This document shows, in pieces, positions 16,348-28,446 of a stretch of DNA of 64,000 nt. Below the pieces are notes generated by a model. It searched no databases. It was not told the origin of the DNA and saw only the letters and a program-made list of their open reading frames with translations. Every line of letters starts with the position of its first letter. Within the stretch, counting starts at the first letter, position 1. Source of the stretch: Oscillospiraceae bacterium (GTDB lineage Bacteria > Bacillota > Clostridia > Oscillospirales > Ruminococcaceae); NCBI GenBank assembly GCA_045118955.1, contig JBGVKB010000018.1:281-64280 (forward strand), read 5' to 3'. A program made the position numbers and the translations under genes.

Positions 16348-17322
16348 TTACTTGCGGTTGCGCTCGGTCAGCTTCTCGAACTGATCCAGAATAGCGGGGT
16401 GGGGCAACTCGATGACTCGTCCGCTCAGGGCATGCAGACAGCTCTCCTCAGGCAGGGCGGCAAAGGTGAGCCGCACCGCGCAGAGCGCCTGTGTGCGCAG
16501 ACAGGTGCGCTCGTTCATCTTGCGGCTGCCGTACTTGATGTCGCCCAGCACCGGTGCGCCAAGAAAAGCCAGATGGGCGCGGATCTGATGGGTGCGGCCG
16601 GTGATAAGCCCGATGCGGCACAGGGCAAAGGGGCCGGCGGACTGTTCTATCTCCACGGCGGTGATGATCTCTTTGTAGCCCTCTGCCTCGGTGGGGCGGA
16701 CGGTGACCTTGTTGTTCTTCTCCTCATGGTGCAGCCATGCCACATGGCGGCCCTTGGGCGGAATGCCGCAGGTGATGGTGAGGTATTCCTTGCCCAGCAG
16801 GTCTTCCCGGATGATGCGGTTCATCTCCCGCAGGGCGGCGGCGGTCTTGGCGGCAATGACCAGACCCTCGGTGCCCCGATCCAGCCGGTTGCAAATAGCG
16901 GGGGAGAAGGCGTTCTCTTTTTCCGGGGAATACTCGCCTACGGCGATCTGCCGGGCGATGAAGGCGTCCACCAAATTGGCGTCGCCGGTGCGGTCGGAGT
17001 GGCACAGCAGATGGGTGGGCTTGTACAGCACGGCGATCTGGTCGTCCTCATACACGACGGTGACCTTGGGCTGCTTGGGCTTGGGCGCGGCCGCGCGGGC
17101 AGGGCGGGCGGGCGCTGTGAAAAATTCATCGTTCAGATACAGCTCGATGACGTCGCCCTCCTGAATGCGATAATCCGCCTCGGTGCGCTTGCCGTTCACC
17201 TTGATGCGCTTGTTGCGCAGACCCTTGTATAGCATACCGGTGGGCAGGTTGGTGGTGACCCCCAGCACAAAACGGGACAGGCGTACCCCGGCGTCATTCG
17301 GCCCGGCGGTGAAACTTTTCAT
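16348..17322 (-). CDS. RluA-family 23S rRNA pseudouridine synthase with N-terminal S4 domain
   Basis: S4-like LYKGLRNKRIKVNGKR, catalytic NRLDRGTEGLVI, and TGRTHQIRAHLA motif. Confidence 0.85.
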   Translation of the reverse strand: MKSFTAGPNDAGVRLSRFVLGVTTNLPTGMLYKGLRNKRIKVNGKRTEADYRIQEGDVIELYLNDEFFTAPARPARAAAPKPKQPKVTVVYEDDQIAVLYKPTHLLCHSDRTGDANLVDAFIARQIAVGEYSPEKENAFSPAICNRLDRGTEGLVIAAKTAAALREMNRIIREDLLGKEYLTITCGIPPKGRHVAWLHHEEKNNKVTVRPTEAEGYKEIITAVEIEQSAGPFALCRIGLITGRTHQIRAHLAFLGAPVLGDIKYGSRKMNERTCLRTQALCAVRLTFAALPEESCLHALSGRVIELPHPAILDQFEKLTERNRK

Positions 17323-17429
17323 GGACGTTTCCTGCTTTCTTCTTTCATTTGTTGCGACTACAGTATATAATAGAAAAAGAATCTCGTAAAGAGGAATACT
17401 GTGCCGAATAAGGGGAAAGGGGGCGCTTT

Positions 17430-18128
17430 ATGGGCGACAATCCGCACGAAAACCACCGTGCAAGAATGCATGAGCGTGTGGCGAGGACCGGCATGGACGA
17501 CTTCGCGCCTCATGAGGTGCTGGAGTACCTTCTGTATCTCGCCATCCCGCGGCAGGACACGAACCCGCTGGCGCACCGTCTGCTGGACCAGTTCGGCAGC
17601 CTGAGCGCGGTGCTGGAGGCCTCGGAGGAAGAGCTGCTCAGGGTGCCGGGCATTGGCCCGAAAAGTGCCCGGGTGATCCGCACGGTGATGCAGGTTGGGC
17701 GCTGTTATCAATTGGATCGCATTCGGAAGAAACGGAAATTTACGAACACCGCTGAGCTGATCGAATACTGCATCCCGCTGTTTTACGGGTTGTCTGACGA
17801 GCGCTTCTATATGATCGGCGTGGACGATGACTTTCGGATGATCCGCACCATGAGGCTTTGGGATGGCGCGGTGAATTCGCTCTCAGTCACGTCCCGGCGG
17901 GTGGCACAGGAAGCTCTGAAGATGGGCGCCACCGGTGTGGTGGTGGCGCACAACCACCCTGCCGGACTGGCGATCCCTTCGGCGGAGGACATCATGAGCA
18001 CCACCGCACTGAAGGATACACTGGAAAGCGTGAGCATTGTGCTTCACGACCACATCATCGTGGCGGGGAGCGAAGCACTCTCCATGAAACAGAGCCGGCG
18101 GCAACCGTGGACGAACGGGTACTATTGA
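17430..18128 (+). CDS. radC: RadC-family JAB/MPN domain protein
   Basis: N-terminal HhH region (LEASEEELLRVPGIGPKSA) and C-terminal JAMM motif VVVAHNHPAG. Confidence 0.85.
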   Translation: MGDNPHENHRARMHERVARTGMDDFAPHEVLEYLLYLAIPRQDTNPLAHRLLDQFGSLSAVLEASEEELLRVPGIGPKSARVIRTVMQVGRCYQLDRIRKKRKFTNTAELIEYCIPLFYGLSDERFYMIGVDDDFRMIRTMRLWDGAVNSLSVTSRRVAQEALKMGATGVVVAHNHPAGLAIPSAEDIMSTTALKDTLESVSIVLHDHIIVAGSEALSMKQSRRQPWTNGYY

Positions 18129-18250
18129 GCGCGCGCTGTGCGGTGATACCCGGGATTTGCTGAAGGGACGGCCGATGCAAAAATCGTCCGCGGTCCGCAA
18201 AATATTGGCCGGCCGGCGGCATGGACATAAAAGTTTCGGGAGGTACTGCG

Positions 18251-18427
18251 ATGGAAAAGAAGCTGCAGGGCATTGCCCTCATCCTGTTCGGTATCCTTTT
18301 GGTGCTCGCCACGATGCTAGGCTCGTGGATCCCGGTCATCGGCGTAAACCACACCGATGTGGGGGTCTGGGCCGGTGTCTCGTGCGGCATTGCGGGCCTT
18401 GTGTTTGTGTTTAAAAAAGAGCCTTGA
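18251..18427 (+). CDS. Small membrane protein (58 aa, two hydrophobic segments)
   Basis: MEKKLQGIALILFGILLVLATMLGSWIPVIGV..GVSCGIAGLVFVFKKEP. The ATG lies 9 nt after GGGAGG. Confidence 0.45.
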   Translation: MEKKLQGIALILFGILLVLATMLGSWIPVIGVNHTDVGVWAGVSCGIAGLVFVFKKEP

Positions 18428-18546
18428 GGTACCGACCGGTCCGATGGAAAACATTGACAGGACCCTCTCTGCGTCTGTATGGCGCGGGGAGGGTCTGCTG
18501 TTTGTAAATACACGAAAAACAGCAGAAGAACGCCTGTTTTCTGGTC

Positions 18547-18576
18547 TTGCAACCCCACCTGGAAATGGGGTATAAT
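18547..18576 (+). promoter_or_regulatory. Putative sigma-A promoter of uvrBA
   Basis: TTGCAA (18547-18552), an 18-nt spacer, then TATAAT (18571-18576). Confidence 0.45.
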
Positions 18577-18682
18577 AAACTGATATCGAACCGTTCTGAA
18601 CGGGAGGGACGCCCCTTCTGTTCCCGGCCTTTTTGTGTATGCACTGAAACGAACAAGCTGTCATCAGCAAAAGGACGAATTT

Positions 18683-20715
18683 ATGCAGCAAGATCCAATG
18701 GAAAATAAGTTCAAACTGGTAGCGCCTTACAGCCCCACCGGTGATCAGCCGCAGGCCATTGACGCACTGGTGGCGGGCATCGAGCGGGGCGACCGCGCCC
18801 AGAGCCTTCTGGGCGTGACCGGCAGCGGCAAGACCTTCACCATGGCCAATGTCATCGCCCGGGTGAACCGCCCCACTTTGGTGCTGGCCCACAACAAGAC
18901 GCTGGCGGCTCAGCTCTGCACCGAGTTCCGGGAGTTCTTCCCTGAGAACGCGGTGGAGTATTTCGTGTCCTACTACGACTACTACCAGCCCGAGGCCTAC
19001 ATTCCCTCCACCGACACCTACATCGAAAAGGACAGCGCCATCAACGACGAGATCGACCGCCTGCGCCACTCCGCTACGGCGGCGCTGTCCGAGCGGCGGG
19101 ATGTCATCATTGTGGCCAGTGTGTCCTGCATATACAGTCTGGGCGACCCCATCGACTATCGGAGCATGGTCATCAGCCTGCGCCCGGGCATGGAGATGAG
19201 CCGGGACGAGCTGTGCAAGCGGCTGGTGAATCTGCAATATGAGCGCAACGACGTGAACTTTACCCGCAACAAGTTCCGCGTGCGGGGCGATATCGTGGAG
19301 ATCAATCTGGCCTATATGAACGACCTGGCCATCCGGGTGGAGTTTTTCGGTGATGAGATCGACCGCATCACCGAGACCAACCCCCTCACCGGCGAGCGCA
19401 AAAATGTGGTCAAGCACGTGGCCATCTTCCCGGCCAGCCACTACATCGTCTCGCCCGAGAAGATGCGTGCCGGCCTTGCCCGCATCGCGGAGGAGATGGA
19501 CGAGCAGGTGCGCGCCTTCACCGAGGAGGGCAAGCTCATCGAGGCGCAGCGCATTGCTCAGCGCACCAACTACGACATGGAGATGCTCACCGAGGTGGGT
19601 ATGTGCAAGGGCATTGAGAACTATTCGGCGGTGCTGTCCGGCCGTGCGCCCGGCTCCACCCCCACCACGCTGCTGGACTACTTCCCGGAGGACTTCCTCC
19701 TGTTTGTGGACGAGAGCCATGTGATGCTGCCCCAGCTTCGCGCCATGTACGGCGGTGACTACGCCCGCAAAAAGACGCTGGTGGAGTACGGCTTCCGCCT
19801 GCCCTCCGCCTTTGACAACCGCCCGCTGCGCTTTGATGAGGTGGATGCAAAGCTGAACCAGATCGTGTTCGTCAGCGCCACCCCCGGCGAGTACGAGCGG
19901 GAGCAGAGCACCCAGATCGCTCAGCAGGTCATCCGTCCCACCGGACTTCTGGACCCGGTGGTGGTCGTGAAGCCGGTGGAGGGTCAGATCGAGGATCTCC
20001 TGGGCGAGATCCGCCTGCGCATCGAGCGGGAGGAGCGGGTGCTGGTCACCACCCTGACCAAGAAGATGGCCGAGGATCTGACCGACTACCTGACCGAGCA
20101 GGGCATCAAGGTCAAATATATGCACCACGAGGTGGACACCTTTGAGCGTATGGAGCTGATCAAGGATCTGCGCATGGGTGCCATTGATGTGATCGTGGGC
20201 ATCAACCTGCTGCGCGAGGGTCTTGACCTGCCCGAGGTGTCGTTGGTGGCGATCCTCGATGCGGACAAAGAGGGCTTTCTGCGCAGCGAGACCAGCCTGA
20301 TCCAGACCATCGGCCGCGCGGCGCGCAACGCCGGCGGTATGGTCATCATGTACGCGGACGAGGTGACCCCCAGCATGGAGCGGGCGCTCACCGAGACCGA
20401 GCGCCGCCGCACCATTCAGATGGCCTACAACGCGGAGCACGGCATCGTGCCCACCACCATCAGGAAGGAGATCCGCGACGGCATCGAGATCAGCGACAAG
20501 GAAGAAAACGGACGTTTGTTCGGCGGCAAGCGCATGAGCAAGATGGAGCGCGAGAAGGCCATCGAGCGCCTGACCCGCGAAATGAAGGAGGCTGCCCGTA
20601 TCCTGGAATTCGAGCACGCGGCCTTCCTGCGGGATCAGATCGACCGGCTGCGCCGTGGTGAAAACCCTACCGGTGAGGACGCCGCCCCCAAGACCAAAAA
20701 GAAGAGAGGGAGAAA

Positions 20716-20719
<4 letters not shown>
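18683..20719 (+). CDS. uvrB: Excinuclease ABC subunit B
   Basis: [32 protein letters not shown] and the C-terminal UVR domain ([11 protein letters not shown]). ATG at 18683 lies 8 nt after AAAGGA; 18698 is an alternative start. Confidence 0.95.
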
Positions 20720-23610
<2,891 letters not shown>

Positions 23611-23752
23611 ACCCGCCGGGCGGCAGGCAAAGGGGCGGGGAGCGGATCGCGTCCCGCGCCTTGTGCTTTTGCTGATTCTGCGCTATAATTAAAGTTCACC
23701 GGGCGGCAGATGCCGACGGCGATTCTAGGACAAGTTTGGGAGAACACAACCA

Positions 23753-25135
23753 GTGAACACCATCGAATACAAGCGCAGCGGGACGGCCGCCGAGGTCATC
23801 GCCGCTGCATACGAGAACCCGCCCATGGCCTATGTGCGCAGCTTCGGCTGCCAGCAGAATGCCAACGAGGGCGAGCGCATTAAGGGCGTGCTGATGGACG
23901 TGGGCTACGGCGTCTGCAACAGCCCCGAGGAGGCCGACCTGATCCTGTTCAACACCTGCGCCGTGCGCGAGCACGCCGAGCAGCGGGTGTTCGGCAACAT
24001 CGGCGCGCTGAAAAAGCTGAAGGAGCAGAACAAGGGCCTGATCATCGGCCTTTGCGGCTGTATGGCACAGCAGCCCCACATCGTGGAAAAGCTCCGCCAG
24101 AGCTACAGCTTCGTGGACATCGTGTTCGGCGTCAACGGCATCGACACCCTGCCGGAGCTGATCGCCCGCAAGCTGCAGAGCCGCAAGCGGGTGCTGGATC
24201 CCCCGGTGGAGCGCCTCGACATCGTGGAGGAGATGCCCATTCGGCGCGATTCCTCCTTCCGCGCATGGCTGCCCATCATGTACGGCTGCGACAACTTCTG
24301 CACCTACTGCATCGTGCCCTATGTGCGGGGCCGTGAGCGCAGCCGCACCCCGGAGGCCATTCTGGCGGAGTTCCGCCAGCTTGTGCAGGCGGGCTACAAG
24401 GAGATCACCCTGCTGGGCCAGAACGTGAACAGCTATGGCAAGGGTCTGCCCGTGCCGGTGGACTTCGCTGACCTGCTGCAGATGCTGTGCCAGGTGCCGG
24501 GCGATTACCACATTCGGTTCATGACCAGCCATCCGAAGGACGCCAGCCACAAGCTGATCGACGTAATGGCGGCCAATCCCGATCACATCTGCGACCACCT
24601 GCACCTGCCGGTGCAGTGCGGCAGCGACCGGGTGCTGAAGGAGATGAACCGCCATTACACTGTGGAGCATTATCTGGAGCTGATCGACTACGCTCGCAGC
24701 AAGATGCCCGGCATCACCTTCTCCAGCGACATCATCGTGGGCTTCCCCGGCGAGACCGAGGAGGACTTCCAAATGACGCTGGATCTGATCCGCAAGGTGA
24801 AGTATATGCAGCTCTTCACCTTCATCTACTCCAAGCGCACCGGCACCAAAGCCGCTGTGATGCCCGACCCCTACATCCACAAGGACAAGACCGAGCGCAT
24901 GGCCCGGCTGCTGGCGGCGCAGGATGAGATCGCGTCCGAGCAGGTGGCCGCGCTGGTGGGTCAGATCCGCACCGTGCTGGTGGAGGGCTGCGGCCGGGGC
25001 GAGGGGCTGCTGAACGGCCGCCTGCGCAACAACCTTGTGGTGGAGTTCGCCGGGGATGAGGCGCTCATCGGCACCGAGGTGCAGGTGGAGCTGACCGGCA
25101 GCCGCATGGCGATGCTCTCCGGCCGGATGGTGTGA
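23753..25135 (+). CDS. miaB: tRNA-i6A37 methylthiotransferase
   Basis: UPF0004 N-domain (YVRSFGCQQNANEGE), radical-SAM CDNFCTYCIVP, C-terminal TRAM region. GTG start. Confidence 0.9.
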   Translation: MNTIEYKRSGTAAEVIAAAYENPPMAYVRSFGCQQNANEGERIKGVLMDVGYGVCNSPEEADLILFNTCAVREHAEQRVFGNIGALKKLKEQNKGLIIGLCGCMAQQPHIVEKLRQSYSFVDIVFGVNGIDTLPELIARKLQSRKRVLDPPVERLDIVEEMPIRRDSSFRAWLPIMYGCDNFCTYCIVPYVRGRERSRTPEAILAEFRQLVQAGYKEITLLGQNVNSYGKGLPVPVDFADLLQMLCQVPGDYHIRFMTSHPKDASHKLIDVMAANPDHICDHLHLPVQCGSDRVLKEMNRHYTVEHYLELIDYARSKMPGITFSSDIIVGFPGETEEDFQMTLDLIRKVKYMQLFTFIYSKRTGTKAAVMPDPYIHKDKTERMARLLAAQDEIASEQVAALVGQIRTVLVEGCGRGEGLLNGRLRNNLVVEFAGDEALIGTEVQVELTGSRMAMLSGRMV

Positions 25136-25274
25136 GCGGGGAGGACAAGCCCGCGCGCCGCACATACTGAGATATGGTTTTTCGGTGCGCTTTGCGCCGA
25201 ATAAACGATAGAATTGCGTCAAAAAATATTGATACATCGCCGGGAGACCCCGGCGGAGAAAAGGAGATTCTACC

Positions 25275-25682
25275 ATGGATGTTATTGAGCTGTTCAAGAA
25301 GGCCGCAGTCGCTCTGCAGACCGACGAGCGCTATCTGACTCTGGATGCTGCCCGCCGTGCCAACGACGAGGATCAGGGCCTGCAGGATATGATCGGTGAG
25401 TTCAATCTGGCTCGCATGGATCTGAACAACGAGCTGACCCAGGACACCCGCGACGATGCCCGCATTGCCGAGCTGAACGCCAAGGTGAACAAGCTGTACA
25501 GCGCCATCATGACCCACGAGGGCATGGTCGCCTACAACGAGGCTCAGGCCGAGGCCGAGCGTCTGGTGAGCTACATCGACGCCATCATCAACACCGCCAT
25601 GAACGGCGGCGACCCCATGACCGTGCAGGAGCCTTCCGCCGGCTGCAGCGGCAGCTGCTCCTCCTGCGCCGGCTGCCACTAA
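25275..25682 (+). CDS. YlbF/YmcA (RicF/RicA) family regulator with Cys4 C-terminal tail
   Basis: Helical N-terminus (FKKAAVALQTDERYLTLDAARRAND..). The position between miaB and mutS mirrors B. subtilis ymcA. The tail is AGCSGSCSSCAGCH. Confidence 0.75.
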   Translation: MDVIELFKKAAVALQTDERYLTLDAARRANDEDQGLQDMIGEFNLARMDLNNELTQDTRDDARIAELNAKVNKLYSAIMTHEGMVAYNEAQAEAERLVSYIDAIINTAMNGGDPMTVQEPSAGCSGSCSSCAGCH

Positions 25683-25714
25683 GCGGCCGCATCTGCCATA
25701 AGGCATAAACCACA

Positions 25715-25746
25715 GCCGGGCGCCTCTGACGGGCGCACCGGCTTTT
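25715..25746 (+). terminator. Probable intrinsic terminator
   Basis: GCCGG(G)CGCC-tctgacg-GGCG(CA)CCGGC followed by TTTT. The stem contains a bulge. Confidence 0.5.
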
Positions 25747-25824
25747 ATGGCTATGGTCTCCGCGCGAGGAGGCCGCAGCCCCACTGAGACCGAACGACCA
25801 CCCAACGGACAGGAAGTGTGTACA

Positions 25825-28416
25825 ATGGCTGAACTTTCGCCCATGATGGCGCAGTATTTTGAACTGAAGCAGAAGCACAAGGACGAGATCCTGTTCTTCC
25901 GCCTCGGTGACTTTTATGAGATGTTCTTTGACGATGCGATCCTGGCGTCGAAGGAGCTGGAGCTGACCCTCACCGGGCGGGACTGCGGGCTGGACAAGCG
26001 CGCCCCCATGTGCGGCGTGCCCTTCCACAGCCACGAGACCTATGTGGCCCGGCTGATCGCCAAGGGCTACAAGGTGGCCATTTGCGAACAGATGGAGGAC
26101 CCCAGCAAGACCAAGGGCCTTGTGAAGCGGGACATCATCCGGGTGGTCACCCCCGGCACCGTCATCGAGAGCAGTATGCTCAAGGACGACCGGAACAACT
26201 ACCTGTGCAGCATCTACGTCAGGGGCAAGGCCGCCGGCATCTGCTTTGCGGATGTGTCCACCGGCGAGGTGCACGCCACCGAGCTGACCGCCGAAAAGCT
26301 GGACAACCAGATCGTCACCGAGCTGTGCCGCTACAGCCCCAGCGAGGTGCTGCTGAACAGCGAGATGCTCAAGCACAAGCCGGTGACCGCCTACATCAAG
26401 CAGCACATGAGCTGCTCGGTGGAGCTGATGGCGGAGGAGGAGTACATACCCGCCCAGATCGCCGGGCTTTTGCAGGCTCAGTTCGGAGAGGATTGGGCCG
26501 AGACCAGTGGGCTTTCCGCCAAGGGCAACGCCCCCACAGCGCTGGGCGCGCTGCTGGGCTACCTGCATCGCACCCAGAAAAAGGGCGTGGAGCGGCTGAA
26601 AAGTGTACACAATTATGCGGAGGCGCAGTATATGCAGCTCTCGCCGGTCACCCGGGCAAATCTTGAGCTGACCGAGACCATGCGCGGCCGCGAGAAGAAG
26701 GGCACCTTGCTGTGGGTGCTGGACAAGACCCAGACCGCCATGGGCAAGCGTCTGCTGCGCAGTTGGATCGAGCAGCCGCTGGTGAGCGCAAGCGCCATCA
26801 ACGACCGTCTGGCCGCGGTGGAGGCGCTTCACGGACAGAGCGTTCTGCGAGCTGATCTGATCGACTGCCTGTCCCGGGTGTTTGACATCGAACGGCTGAT
26901 GACCCGCACAGTGTATGGCTCTGCCACTCCTAAGGAGATCTACGCGCTGGCCACCACCTGCCGGGAGTTGCCCGGCTTGCGCAAACTGGCGGTGGACAGC
27001 GGCTGTGAACAACTGGCTGAGCTGGCAGGGCAGATCGACCTGCTGGAGGACATCCGCGACCGCATTTTCGCGGCCATTGACGAAGAAGCCCCCTCTACAT
27101 TAAAGGACGGCGGTGTCATCCGCGCCGGCTACAACGCCGAGGTGGATGAGCTGCGGGACATCATGCACGGCGGTAAGGGCTACCTGTCTCAGCTTGAGGC
27201 TAAGCTGAAGGAGGAAACCGGCATCCGCACCCTGAAGATCGGCTTCAACCGGGTGTTCGGCTATTACATCGAGGTGAGCCGCAGCTTTTCCGAGCAGGTG
27301 CCGGCGGGGTTCGTGCGCAAGCAGACGCTGGCCAACGCCGAACGGTACATCACCGACGAGCTGAAGCAGCTTGAGAATAAGATCCTCGGCGCCAACGAGC
27401 GGGTGCTGACGCTGGAGCGGGAGCTGTTTGACCAGCTTCTGGCGGCCATCTCGGAGCAGCTTGTACGGATTCAGGCCACGGCCATGGCGGTGGCGAAGCT
27501 GGATGTGTACGCGGCGCTGGCGCAGGTGGCGGCGGACAACAACTATGTGAAGCCCGTGGTGGACAGCGGGGAAGAGCTGATCATCCGGGAGGGCCGCCAT
27601 CCGGTCATCGAACAGATGCTGAAGGGCAGCCTGTTCGTGCCCAACGACACCCGTATGGACTGCGGCGAGAACCGCACCCTGCTGCTCACCGGCCCCAATA
27701 TGGCCGGTAAATCCACTTATATGCGTCAAAATGCCCTGATCGCATTGATGGCGCAGATTGGCAGCTTTGTGCCGGCGCAGGAGTGTCATGTGGGTGTGGT
27801 GGACGCCATCTTCACCCGCGTGGGCGCGTCGGACGATCTGGCGGCGGGTCAGTCCACCTTTATGGTGGAGATGACCGAGGTGGCGGAGATCCTGCAGAAC
27901 GCCACCCGCGGCAGTCTGGTCATTCTGGACGAGATCGGCCGCGGTACCTCCACCTTTGACGGCATGAGCATTGCCCGCGCCGTGGTGGAGCACATCAACC
28001 GCAAGATCGGCTGCAAGACCCTGTTCGCCACCCACTACCACGAGCTGACCGATCTGGAGGCGGTGGAAGAGGGCGTAAAAAACTACAACATCGCCGTCAA
28101 AAAACGGGGTGAGGACATTACCTTCCTGCGGCGCATTGTGCCCGGCCCCGCTGACGACAGCTACGGCATCGAGGTGGCCAAGCTGGCGGGTCTGCCCGGG
28201 GTGGTCACCCGCCGCGCCCATCAGGTGCTACGGGCGCTGGTGGCCAACGCCGCCGGTGCCCCTCAGGCGACCCAATTGGATTTTGAGGCCATCGAGCAGC
28301 TCAATACGCCGCAGGCACCCAGCGAGGTCATGGACAAGCTGCGGGACTTGGACGTGAACACCCTGACCCCCATTGAAGCATTGAATTTCCTGTACGAGCT
28401 GAAAAAGCTGTTTTGA
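25825..28416 (+). CDS. mutS: DNA mismatch repair protein MutS
   Basis: SPMMAQYFELKQKH, FFRLGDFYEMF and GPNMAGKSTYMRQ (Walker A). ATG at 25825 lies 8 nt after AGGAAG; the upstream track extension lacks an RBS. Confidence 0.95.
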   Translation: MAELSPMMAQYFELKQKHKDEILFFRLGDFYEMFFDDAILASKELELTLTGRDCGLDKRAPMCGVPFHSHETYVARLIAKGYKVAICEQMEDPSKTKGLVKRDIIRVVTPGTVIESSMLKDDRNNYLCSIYVRGKAAGICFADVSTGEVHATELTAEKLDNQIVTELCRYSPSEVLLNSEMLKHKPVTAYIKQHMSCSVELMAEEEYIPAQIAGLLQAQFGEDWAETSGLSAKGNAPTALGALLGYLHRTQKKGVERLKSVHNYAEAQYMQLSPVTRANLELTETMRGREKKGTLLWVLDKTQTAMGKRLLRSWIEQPLVSASAINDRLAAVEALHGQSVLRADLIDCLSRVFDIERLMTRTVYGSATPKEIYALATTCRELPGLRKLAVDSGCEQLAELAGQIDLLEDIRDRIFAAIDEEAPSTLKDGGVIRAGYNAEVDELRDIMHGGKGYLSQLEAKLKEETGIRTLKIGFNRVFGYYIEVSRSFSEQVPAGFVRKQTLANAERYITDELKQLENKILGANERVLTLERELFDQLLAAISEQLVRIQATAMAVAKLDVYAALAQVAADNNYVKPVVDSGEELIIREGRHPVIEQMLKGSLFVPNDTRMDCGENRTLLLTGPNMAGKSTYMRQNALIALMAQIGSFVPAQECHVGVVDAIFTRVGASDDLAAGQSTFMVEMTEVAEILQNATRGSLVILDEIGRGTSTFDGMSIARAVVEHINRKIGCKTLFATHYHELTDLEAVEEGVKNYNIAVKKRGEDITFLRRIVPGPADDSYGIEVAKLAGLPGVVTRRAHQVLRALVANAAGAPQATQLDFEAIEQLNTPQAPSEVMDKLRDLDVNTLTPIEALNFLYELKKLF

Positions 28417-28446
28417 TTAAAGCTTGAACGAAAGGCAGGTGGTCGT

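Noticed and set aside
18650-18662. CGAACAAGCTGTC upstream of uvrB as a LexA (Cheo) box.
   Set aside because: The second half-site TGTC differs from GTTC at two positions. The element lies ~75 nt downstream of the predicted -10, close to the RBS, so it is not a convincing operator.
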